Positions 11,473 through 22,034 of a stretch of DNA of 64,000 bases are shown here, piece by piece. The number at the start of each line of letters is the position of its first letter. Position 1 is the first letter of the stretch. This stretch comes from Octopus bimaculoides. Taxonomy: Eukaryota. The DNA lies in assembly GCF_001194135.2 (NCBI RefSeq), contig NC_068998.1:27011568-27075567 (forward strand). Reading direction: 5' to 3'. The translations under genes were made by a program, and so were the position numbers. The notes below the pieces were generated by a model. The model saw nothing but the letters and a program-made list of their open reading frames with translations, searched no databases and was not told the DNA's origin.

Positions 11473-12232
11473 TCTCCAGAGGGGTCTGTTTGCCGAGATA
11501 TCCTCCCAGTGTGCGGGGTCGATGTTGGTGCTTTTCAAGGTTGATTTGAGTTGGTCCTTGTACCGCCTCAAGGGGGCTCCACGAGGACGTTTTCCTTCAG
11601 ACAGTTCACCGTAGAGACAGATCTTGGGGAAGGCGGTGTTCATTCATCCGACGGACGTGACCTGACCATCAGAGACGATGTTCAATGATCAAGGCTTCGA
11701 TGCTCAGGAGACCTGATCTTTCAAGCACAGAGTTATTGGTGATGTGATCTTCCCAGTTGATGTTCAGGATAGAACGAAGTTTGGATTGATGGAAGCGCTC
11801 TAGTTTCTTCATGTCCCTACGGTAGACAGTCCAGGTTTCACACCTGTACAGCAGTGTTGATACGACAACAGCCCGATAGACCATGAGCTTCGTTTTGACT
11901 GTCAGATCCTTGTTGCAAAAGACCCTGGCTTTGAGACGACCAAAAGAGGCATGACCTGATTGGATGCGATGTTCGATATCCTTACTAGATCCTGCAGTTG
12001 ATGACAGAAAACTTCCAAGATAGCAGAAATCCTCAACGACCTCAATTGATTGGTTGTTGATGGTGATGTTGGGGCTGTCAAGGTTGGTACGAGGAGCTGG
12101 TTGAGCGAGCACTTTGGTTTTGATGATGTTCACTTTCAGGCCGAAGGTTTGATAAGCTCTGCTGAAGTTGTTTATTGAAGTTGTTTATCATCAGCGTATT
12201 GAAGCTCAGTGATCTTGTGCTTTCGACAGTGA
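11473..12232 (-). mobile_element. RTE/BovB-clade LINE, 5'-truncated RT C-terminal half
   Basis: ITELQYADD (YADD at 12187-12198), FCYLGSFLS, LLYRCETWT, LERFHQSKLRSIL, KICLYGELSEGKRPRGAPLRRYKDQLKSTLK. One in-frame stop at ~11670. Confidence 0.92.
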
Positions 12233-12493
12233 TACATACATACGTACGTAAGTATGTACATACATACATATATACATACATACATACATACATACATACA
12301 TACATCACATATCTAACATCGCTAAACATATACAGAGTGGGCCAAAAGTCACGCACAAAATATTAAGTTCAATATTGTAAAAGACATGCTTCAATTTTTT
12401 TTAAATTGAATAAAATAAATAATAATGACTACACACGTATATGTAATGTACATGATGAATAAAATTAATAATATTAATAACAACAACAACAAC

Positions 12494-12562
<69 letters not shown>

Positions 12563-12563
<1 letters not shown>

Positions 12564-13015
12564 GCCCCCACCTGCGAGGTCATGCGCTGTTTATCTTGAT
12601 ATGAGATCACCATGTCGTGCACATATGGTTGTGATNNNNNNNNNNNNNNNNNNNNNNNNNNNNNNNNNNNNNNNNNNNNNNNNNNNNNNNNNNNNNNNNN
12701 NNNNNNNNNNNNNNNNNNNNNNNNNNNNNNNNNNNNNNNNNNNNNNNNNNNNNNNNNNNNNNNNNNNNNNNNNNNNNNNNNNNNNNNNNNNNNNNNNNNN
12801 NNNNNNNNNNNNNNNNNNNNNNNNNNNNNNNNNNNGGCCCCCACCTGCGAGGTCATGCGCTGTTTATCTTGATATGAGATCACCATGTCGTGCACATATG
12901 ATTGTGATGCATGTGCCTGGTGTACCTTTATCAGACGGGTAGTCATGATGGGTATATTGGGCTTTGTATATTTTACCCCAGTGTCACTTTGATGGCATGC
13001 ACTGCTCTCTCACTC
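12563..13015 (+). mobile_element. (TAA)n-embedded non-coding retroposon, copy A (5'-truncated, spans a gap)
   Basis: Ends GTGTCACTTTGATGGCATGCACTGCTCTCTCACTC-(AAT)n. Flanked by (TAA)n at ~12493-12562 and 13016-13098. Confidence 0.85.
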
Positions 13016-13100
<85 letters not shown>

Positions 13101-13102
<2 letters not shown>

Positions 13103-13544
13103 CTTGATGCAATACTAACCAGTGGATCTTATGGCTTCTGATCTTAGCTGATTGGAAATGTTATCATATACATGTTTAGTCTTGGTGTAAAAGACGGGTT
13201 ACAGCAAATATTCTGCTCAATAGCACATATTTACTTGTCAGTTGTTTGTCCTTAACCAGTTGAGCATGTCCCTTGGTAGTTGACAATATGTGCGTCATAG
13301 CCATCTGTTGAGAAGAATTCGTTAGGGTTGAACAAAATCCTTAAACAACCCTTATTCAGGGACATTTTGCGCAGGATGGACTACTTGACCTGAAGAAAAT
13401 TCTGACTGGGACCCACCTGCAAGGTCATACGTTGTTTATCTTGATATGAGATCACCATGGCTGTGACCCATGTGCCTGGTGTACCCTTATTAGGCGAGTA
13501 GTCATGATCGATATATTGGGCTTCGTTATTTGTCCCCCAATGTC
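13101..13544 (+). mobile_element. (TAA)n-embedded retroposon, copy B (near full length, lacks the last ~28 nt)
   Basis: Collinear with the reverse complement of 30706-31208. (TAA)n on both sides. Confidence 0.85.
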
Positions 13545-13566
13545 AATAATAATAATAATAATAATG

Positions 13567-13609
<43 letters not shown>

Positions 13610-13610
<1 letters not shown>

Positions 13611-13800
13611 CCTTTCTATTATAGGCACCAAGGCCTGAAATTCCGGGGCAGGAGTAAGCTGGTTATATCCCCAGTGCTCAGTCGAAAGAATGAGAGGCAG
13701 AGTCGACCCCGGCAGGATTTGATCTCAGAACGCAAAGACGGACGAAATGCCGCTAAGCATTTTTCCCGGTGTGTTAACGATTTTGCCAGCTCGCCGCCTT
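13610..13800 (-). mobile_element. Octopus-type SINE (AAGGCGGCGAGCTGGCAGAATCGTTA-type head)
   Basis: Reverse complement begins AAGGCGGCGAGCTGGCAAAATCGTTAACAC..GGGTCGACT... Same family at 25885, 41470, 49553, 51100-51840, 63000 and 63785. Confidence 0.85.
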
Positions 13801-13814
13801 AAACACATTTTTGC

Positions 13815-13945
13815 TTAGCTGAGTGGGCTGGAGCAACGTGAAATAAAATGTCTTGCTCAAGGACACAATGCGTCGCTGGGAATTGAACTCATGACCTTAC
13901 GATCGTGAACCAACTATCCTAACCACTAAACCACAGGCCTTCACA
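13815..13945 (-). mobile_element. tRNA-derived SINE head plus core fragment
   Basis: Reverse complement TGTGGTTTAGTGGTTAGG..GAGTTCAATTCCC (A/B boxes), then GTGTCCTTGAGCAAGACA..TTGCTCCAGCCCACTCAGC. Confidence 0.75.
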
Positions 13946-13964
13946 ACAATAATAATAATAATGA

Positions 13965-14014
13965 GAAGAAGAAGAAGAAGAAGAAGAAGAAGAAGAAGAA
14001 GAAAGAAAGAAAGC

Positions 14015-14081
<67 letters not shown>

Positions 14082-14096
14082 GAAGAAAGAAAGAAA
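13965..14096. repeat. (GAA)n/(GAAA)n compound microsatellite
   Basis: Directly visible. Confidence 0.98.
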
Positions 14097-14453
14097 ATGT
14101 TAAATGTTTTGGTGCGTGAATCTTGGCCCAGTCTGTGCTACAATTCTCAATTCCAAATCAGAACAAACGAGTACATTAATGAAATGTATAATTATTATAT
14201 CGATCTCCTAAAGGGGGTGGATTATCGATACACACACACACACATACATACATAGTAGTGCTTTAGTTCTTTTAAGTGAGATATTTACTCACTGACAGTG
14301 CACAACGATTCAGAAAGTAGCCGGTGTTATGACATGTCTCTGTGAATTAAACAGCCTGGTAGTATAAAATGAACTTCAAATATTTCACAGAAAATATAGC
14401 ATATTTACCAAAAGCTACATCGTGGAATATCTAGGTGTCTCAATGACTATTCA

Positions 14454-14489
<36 letters not shown>

Positions 14490-14539
14490 TATATAATTAT
14501 TAGTAATGATATAATGAATTTTTGGCTAATTTCAGGAAG

Positions 14540-14760
14540 AAAATCGGCATTTTTTGTTTTTGCTGCCGATAAGAAAACCGCGCATGCGCGGTAGATATGA
14601 AAAATTATAACATATAAGCACGAGGCATGTTTCTATGTATTGCCTCGTATTTATGTGTTAATCTTGGCTTTCCTGCTGATGATAGGTGGCCTAGCAAATT
14701 ATTTCATTTTGCTGAAAATAGCTTGAAACCTTGGTTCAGGAAATAGATGGTAAATGTTTT
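14540..14760 (+). mobile_element. Probable solo Penelope-type pseudo-LTR
   Basis: GCGCATGCGC palindrome, AT-rich TATA-like boxes, then a hammerhead motif. The layout resembles the arms at 18502-19132. No flanking PLE ORF seen. Confidence 0.45.
14669..14743 (+). ncRNA. Type-I hammerhead ribozyme candidate with intact core
   Basis: UUUCCUG(14669-75)-CUGAUGA(14676-82)-42-nt stem II region-GAAA(14725-28)-CC-UU-GGU-U(14736)-CAGGAAA(14737-43). Perfect 7-bp stem I, 3-bp stem III, GUU cleavage triplet. Confidence 0.65.
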
Positions 14761-15115
14761 TATTTTTCATTCCCTTTCGAAATTATCCCTAATTGTGGTT
14801 TGGAATTTGATTGCTCCTTCTAGCAGGTTAGATGTCCTATTATGGACATCTCTCTTATGTGTTCAAATGTACACTGTATGTATTNNNNNNNNNNNNNNNN
14901 NNNNNNNNNNNNNNNNNNNNNNNNNNNNNNNNNNNNNNNNNNNNNNNNNNNNNNNNNNNNNNNNNNNNNNNNNNNNNNNNNNNNNNNNNNNNNNNNNNNN
15001 NNNNNNNNNNNNNNNNNNNNNNNNNNNNNNNNNNNNNNNNNNNNNNNNNNNNNNNNNNNNNNNNNNNNNNNNNNNNNNNNNNNNNNNNNNNNNNNNNNNN
15101 NNNNNNNNNNNNATA

Positions 15116-16414
15116 CGAAGGTCTATGAAAAGTTTTGAGCCTATCCTAGAAACGGGGCTGCTAGGTAGCTGGAACAACTTTTTCTGGTAAGTACAGTCTT
15201 TTCGGAGTATTCTTGCTCATTTTCATGATTCTGATATTTTAATTTTTTTGTTGCAGATTTTTGAAAAAAACAAGTGTCAAGGTTACAAGGAAAATAGAGA
15301 AAACTGAGTATCGTTCTGTCATAAAGTACCTTCATTTGAAAGGCATGACTCCATCAGAAATCCATGAAGATATGGTGAGAACCTTAACAGATAATGCTCC
15401 TTCATATGCAACAGTCAAACGCTGGGTAAACGAATTCCAGCGTGGCAGGGAGAGTGTGGAAGATGATCCCACACCAAGGAGACCTCCAACTGCAACCACC
15501 GAGGACAACATTGACTTTCCTCTTGATATGATAATGCAAAATCGTCGAATATCATGTCGTCAGATAGCCGAGAGACTGGGTATCTCAAGTGAAAGAGCAG
15601 ACAACGTTGTGACAAAAGAACTTGGGTTCTCAAAGGTTTCTGCAAGGTGGGTCCCTCGCCTTTTGACTCCTAAACAGAAATGCGCCAGGTGCACTTTGAC
15701 CACGAGCAATCTAGAACTGTTTGAAGCTGACGAAGAGAATTTTCTTGCTCGTTTCACTACTATGGATGAAAGTTGGGTTCATCACTACCAGCCTGAAACT
15801 AAAGAACAATCAAAGCAGTGGAAGCACACATCTTCTCCTACCCCAAAGAAGGCCAGGGTCATTCCTTCAGCTGGCAAGGTCATGGCGTTAATTTTTGGGG
15901 GATTCTCAAGGTGTCTTGCTGATCGATTACCTTGATAAGTGTCACACCATGACAGGGTTGTATTATTCTCAGCTACTGAAATGCCTCCAAGAAGCAATCA
16001 AAGAAAAAAGGCCGGGAATGCTCACCAGAGGAGTCCTTTTTCATCACGACAATGCTCCAGCCCACACCTCAGTGGTTGTCATGGCAATAATTCGTGATTG
16101 TCGATACGAACTTGTTCCCCATCCACCTTATTCACCAGGCTTAGCCCCCTTCTGAATTTCATCTATTCCCCCAAAATGAAAAAAGCCCTGGCTGGTCATC
16201 ATTTTGCCAGTGAAAATGACGCCATAGATGCTGTAGGAAGTTTCTTGGAGTCTCAAACAAAAGAGTTCCTCTACGCCAGGATAATGGCGCTTCAGCACCG
16301 CTGGAGGAAGTGTTCAGCCATCGAGGGGGACTATGTTGAAAAATAAATCATCAGAAGTCTTGTACTATGTTTTGTTTTGTTTTTTTGAGGCTCAAGGCTT
16401 TTCATACACCCCTC

Positions 16415-16415
<1 letters not shown>
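15116..16415 (+). mobile_element. Full-length (~1.3 kb) mariner transposon, inactive
   Basis: Left TIR CGAAGGTCTATGAAAAGTTTTGAGCCT preceded by TA. Right TIR reverse complement CGAGGGGTGTATGAAAAGCCTTGAGCCT, followed by (TA)n. Confidence 0.95.
15294..16346 (+). pseudogene. Mariner (DD34D-family) transposase pseudogene
   Basis: (I)EKTEYRSVIKYL with ATA where ATG is expected; WVPRLL; TMDESWVHHY; HHDNAPAH; HPPYSPGLAP-SEFHLF. Frameshifts near 15897 and 16150. The third catalytic Asp reads Glu in this copy. Confidence 0.93.
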
Positions 16416-16483
<68 letters not shown>

Positions 16484-17519
16484 GATACACACATACATAC
16501 ACATATATATACAGACATACATCTATACACACATATATTGTATAGACGTACACATACATTCACACACATATATATGTGTACAGATATATATATATATATA
16601 TATGCAGAGGAAGGAGAGATATTAGATAATACGTTAGGTAGATAGAAAGAAATTTTAGTAGCTCGTCGTGTGTGTGCATAAATGTTAACATAGGCATGTC
16701 GTTGTATAGTATGCAAGCGCGCACTTATCAAATATTGATTTCTTGAGTAAAGAATGTGTCCCATCAAAGAATTTATTGATCGAAATATAATCTTTATTAT
16801 CTCTGGAGTTTTGAACGAAAGTTTGAAACTAACAAAAGTTAAACTCTTGGTAAGAATCTCTCGTCATGTGAGGTCACGTTATGGTTTGACAGAGAGAAAG
16901 AGAGAGAGACGAGTATCATGTGCAAATATTTCTACAAATAATTGTACAGCTAACCTCTTGGGGGAATGTCAAAAGTTTAATACACTGTCAAAGATTTCCT
17001 CCGCTCATTTTGCTTCCGTCAGTAAAGTTCACCTGTCTTGAGAACCAGAGAAGTATTAAACGGAAACTAAGTTCTCTGCGAATACAATGAGCTGTTTGTA
17101 TCTATGTGTGTTGAACGTATCCAACTACGTTTGTGAATGACTTATGAGAAACCAATCGCTTCACTGTCTTTGTAAACTCATCATATATTTTACATCCCCA
17201 CTATAAATGAAAAACGATATCCTTATAAGGTCCCATGATGGTAATAGCTCGAGAAACAGAAAAGAATTATTCAAGCTCAATAGCAGTTATTATACCTGTT
17301 AATATAGTCCAAAATAGCCGACATTACGACAGTTAGTGAAGGGAAATCTCAAATATTAATAAAACATGAATTTATTTTCTGTAACATATGAAACTTAGTA
17401 CATTATCTATTGGAAAACAAAGATAATCTTTATAGACACAGTTGTGCTTGTAAGACGTATATATGTTGAAAACTTTTCGATTAGTGTCACTCGTGTGGAT
17501 TTATATACTTACGTTATAG

Positions 17520-17663
17520 CTTGTTTATGGATTAACAAAATCGAAAAATCGAATCATAAAGAAAGTTGGAGCGGATATTTGAAAAGAAAGTGATAAAAAA
17601 ACCACAACTAGAAGTAAGAAACACGTGAAAGAAATGTCGGAACCGAATGAGAAAAAGAAAAAG
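17520..17663 (+). CDS. Candidate host exon with a start codon (MSEPNEKKKK, ATG 17634)
   Basis: TATAG acceptor (17518-19), AAG|GTGAGC donor (17664), purine at -3 of the ATG, in-frame TGA upstream at 17580. No downstream exons or homology identified. Confidence 0.25.
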
Positions 17664-17767
17664 GTGAGCAAATTGAATAAGGGAGAATTATGAAAGAAAT
17701 AAAAATATTGACAAACGAATCTCTCTATCTCTCCAATTCTAAATGAAAAAATAAAAGAAATTACATA

Positions 17768-17814
<47 letters not shown>

Positions 17815-17873
17815 NNNNNNNNNNCACACACACACACACACAACCAGTCTGACAGACAGGCAGACAGATAGCC

Positions 17874-17943
<70 letters not shown>

Positions 17944-18534
17944 TTGTATATGTATGTATATGCTTGTCTATAAATATATATCTGTATATATATATATATG
18001 TCTTTTGGCCTAAACGGTGCCTTTGGAAAGCAATATCTTTGTGGCCACATAAAACAAATTAAGATATGATGGATTCTGGAAGAAATGTTAGGCTCGAAGA
18101 TGGCAGTATATAATGCACTGACATAAACGATGGAGTTGTGGCTTTATCCACTGTATCCTAATTAGTAGGAATTCATTAGATCGGAGAAGACAAGCAGAGC
18201 AGTAATTTTTAAACTGCACAGGAAAACAGAAAATTCTTCATCATAGATAGCTATAAAAAAAATGACCGGGTTATTTGTCACCGAGAAGGCAAAAATCAAG
18301 TCGGAACACCATGTGTAGCAATTCACCGACGTTCTGAGCAAAGCTCTATGTTTTGGGGGTTTTTTTCTGGTGGGGTAAGGGTTCACACAAGTCTATTTTA
18401 GAAATGTCTAGATAAAATATTACAGCCATTGCACCTTGTATATACGTTGTAACTGCTATACGCAGCAGTATATTAATCTACTGCCGTTTCAAGTGCATAG
18501 AGAGCGAATAACTCCCCTCCAGCGCTTGGCAAGA

Positions 18535-18579
18535 CCAGTAGACCGTGGTTTCTGGGTCTTTACCTGTCAACGGTATTGG
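18535..18579 (-). ncRNA. Degenerate type-I hammerhead motif, left arm
   Basis: CCAAUA-CCGUUGA-CAGGU(AAAG)ACCCA-GAAA-CC-AC-G-GUC-UACUGG. Confidence 0.5.
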
Positions 18580-19054
18580 ATACCTGCCTGCTAGAGATGG
18601 CAGTCAATCGTCTCTACTCACAATATATAAACAGAGAAGTGGCAAACAGCTGCTGATCTCGAAACGAGCAAAATAACTAGTTCTAAAATCCCTAAACGAG
18701 ATATAAGTAGTAACAATACTAGACAGTAACATTTTTGGCCACTATAACATGGCTGTTCTATATAGAACTGTGTAACTACATGTTAACGGCACATAATCTG
18801 TGTCCGATATATTGTGAGTAACCAGCTGGAAAAGACGTTTTCCTGGGGTGGTAAAATGTAACACAGTTTTATATAGAACAGTCATGTTATAGTGGCCAAA
18901 AATGTTACCGTCTAGTATTGTTAACACTTATATCTCGTTTAGAGATTTTAGAACTTTCTACTTTGCGCATTACGAGATCAGCAGCTGCCTGCCGCTTCCC
19001 TTTTTATATATTGTGAGTAGGAACGACTGACTGCCATCTGTAACAGGCAGGCAT

Positions 19055-19101
19055 CCAGTATCGATGACAGGTAAAAACTCCCAGAAACCACAGTCTACTG
19101 G
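19055..19101 (+). ncRNA. Degenerate type-I hammerhead motif, right arm
   Basis: CCAGUA-UCGAUGA-CAGGUAAAAACUCCCA-GAAA-CCACA-GUC-UACUGG. Perfect 6-bp stem I, GUC triplet. Confidence 0.5.
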
Positions 19102-19408
19102 TCTTGCCAAGGTAGAAGGGAGTGATTCGCTCTTTTACTCACAAAATATCGGTCACTGGTTATGTGTCGTTAACCAGCTGGAAAAGACGTTGTAACCTAA
19201 CGTCAGACTGTTATAATGTCCACTTTGGTATAGCAGTGTAGTTAGTTAGACAAGTGAAGACACGACTATCTATGACCGACTTTTCGACGACTCGACTTCC
19301 TGCGTCACCGTATTTGTAACGACTAACACATACCACTCGTCCATTATTGTCATTATTATCCCCTCAGCTATATCTCGTTTAGAGATTTTAGAACTAGCTA
19401 CTTTGCTC

Positions 19409-19489
<81 letters not shown>

Positions 19490-20163
19490 CCAATCACACA
19501 AGCACGCACACTAGCGCGCACAAACATACGCACACACACACACATAGACATCCTGTTCACCCCTTCCATCTCTCTCCCATACCCACATCTGGAGCTACAC
19601 CCATAAATCTTTACGAGATGATAAGCAAATCCCAGCAAATTTGAGGAGACTGAACTGACCTTTAACAAAAGGGCCGAACCTTTTAAGAGATCTCGGACGG
19701 CCAATGCACAAACACTCACAAACACACACATAGGCTGGTACGCGAGGGTACACACACAACCACTAACACACGTGCGCTTGCGCACATACGCACACAGACA
19801 TGGTCATGTTTTACTCTCACCCTTCCCTTCTCATGTAAGCAATCATACGTGTACACATACACACATATATACATACATAAATACACACACACCGGCATAA
19901 GACTACTTCCCAGACAGACTCAAGGGAGAGCTTGAAGAGTGGAGGCGAGTCATTCATGTGGTCGCGAATAGTGACGAACACATAAAACAAAAGATCAATT
20001 AGTTACTTAGTTGGATATTTAACCGACTGACTAACAATTAAACAGTGATATTGAACCAGTACGTGTGTTTATCATTGGCATAATGACCCTCCCAAGTCAC
20101 ACCCAGATTTGTTCAACACGTGAATTCATATTAGAAGTCTTGCAAACGAAAACAAAAATGAAG

Positions 20164-20246
<83 letters not shown>

Positions 20247-21274
20247 AACTTACTTGGAAGAGGATGCGTAGCGTTGAATCATATGATAATATAGATTATA
20301 TATCTATATATATATATATANNNNNNNNNNNNNNNNNNNNNNNNNNNNNNNNNNNNNNNNNNNNNNNNNNNNNNNNNNNNNNNNNNNNNNNNNNNNNNNN
20401 NNNNNNNNNNNNNNNNNNNNNNNNNNNNNNNNNNNNNNNNNNNNNNNNNNNNNNNNNNNNNNNNNNNNNNNNNNNNNNNNNNNNNNNNNNNNNNNNNNNN
20501 NNNNNNNNNNNNNNNNNNNNNNNNNNNNNNNNNNNNNNNNNNNNNNNNNNNNNNNNNNNNNNNNNNNNNNNNNNNNNNNNNNNNNNNNNNNNNNNNNNNN
20601 NNNNNNNNNNNNNNNNNNNNNNNNNNNNNNNNNNNNNNNNNNNNNNNNNNNNNNNNNNNNNNNNNNNNNNNNNNNNNNNNNNNNNNNNNNNNNNNNNNNN
20701 NNNNNNNNNNNNNNNNNNNNNNNNNNNNNNNNNNNNNNNNNNNNNNNNNNNNNNNNNNNNNNNNNNNNNNNNNNNNNNNNNNNNNNNNNNNNNNNNNNNN
20801 NNNNNNNNNNNNNNNNNNNNNNNNNNNNNNNNNNNNNNNNNNNNNNNNNNNNNNNNNNNNNNNNNNNNNNNNNNNNNNNNNNNNNNNNNNNNNNNNNNNN
20901 NNNNNNNNNNNNNNNNNNNNNNNNNNNNNNNNNNNNNNNNNNNNNNNNNNNNNNNNNNNNNNNNNNNNNNNNNNNNNNNNNNNNNNNNNNNNNNNNNNNN
21001 NNNNNNNNNNNNNNNNNNNNNNNNNNNNNNNNNNNNNNNNNNNNNNNNNNNNNNNNNNNNNNNNNNNNNNNNNNNNNNNNNNNNNNNNNNNNNNNNNNNN
21101 NNNNNNNNNNNNNNNNNNNNNNNNNNNNNNNNNNNNNNNNNNNNNNNNNNNNNNNNNNNNNNNNNNNNNNNNNNNNNNNNNNNNNNNNNNNNNNNNNNNN
21201 NNNNNNNNNNNNNNNNNNNNNNNNNNNNNNNNNNNNNNNNNNNNNNNNNNNNNNNNNNNNNNNNNNNNNNNNNN

Positions 21275-21362
<88 letters not shown>

Positions 21363-22034
21363 ATACGTATAGATGTAAGTATGTACATATACGTATGTAT
21401 ATATGCATATAGATATATGTGTATATATACATATGTATATACAGATATATATGCATATATATATGTGTGTGTGTGTATATATATATATACGTATATATGT
21501 ATATGTATGTATGTATGTACGTATGTATGTATATGTGTATGTATGCATGTATGTAGGAAGTCATGACTGTTAACGATGTTTTTGAGTGTTGAGTGTTATT
21601 TTATTTAATATGGTAAAAATTGTTGGAAAAAGCTTTTCATTTAATAGTAGTTAAGGGAGTTCTTGTGTATGTGATAAGAACTGGCATGTTCCAGGTTTGA
21701 GACGTCTTTTTTTTTATGAATTCATACTTACATCCAATTTATAGAAAAGTCTTCAGTATGGAGATGAATAGCAGCAGAATAGACATAATAATCAACCACA
21801 TTACAAATAGCAAGTAATTTTTTAAATGTAAAAGACAAAGTGCGAGGTAACTGATGGAGGTTTGTATGAGAATGAATTTATATTTGAAATTCATCACCTT
21901 GGAATCGTTCATATGCTGTAGGGAGTAAAGGAATCTAAAGTGTTTCAACTGAATTTTTTTTTTTTTTTTTTGTCTTCTGAGACAACGTTTGAGTCTGGAA
22001 ACGTCAAATTCATCTTCTCCTTCTCTCTACTGTG

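Larger units (their letters stand above)
18502..19132. repeat. Long inverted repeat (~270-bp arms, ~87-bp spacer), probably two inverted PLE pseudo-LTRs
   Basis: Arm 18502-18773 is the reverse complement of 18861-19132 with scattered substitutions. A third partial arm copy lies at 19369-19410. Confidence 0.9.
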
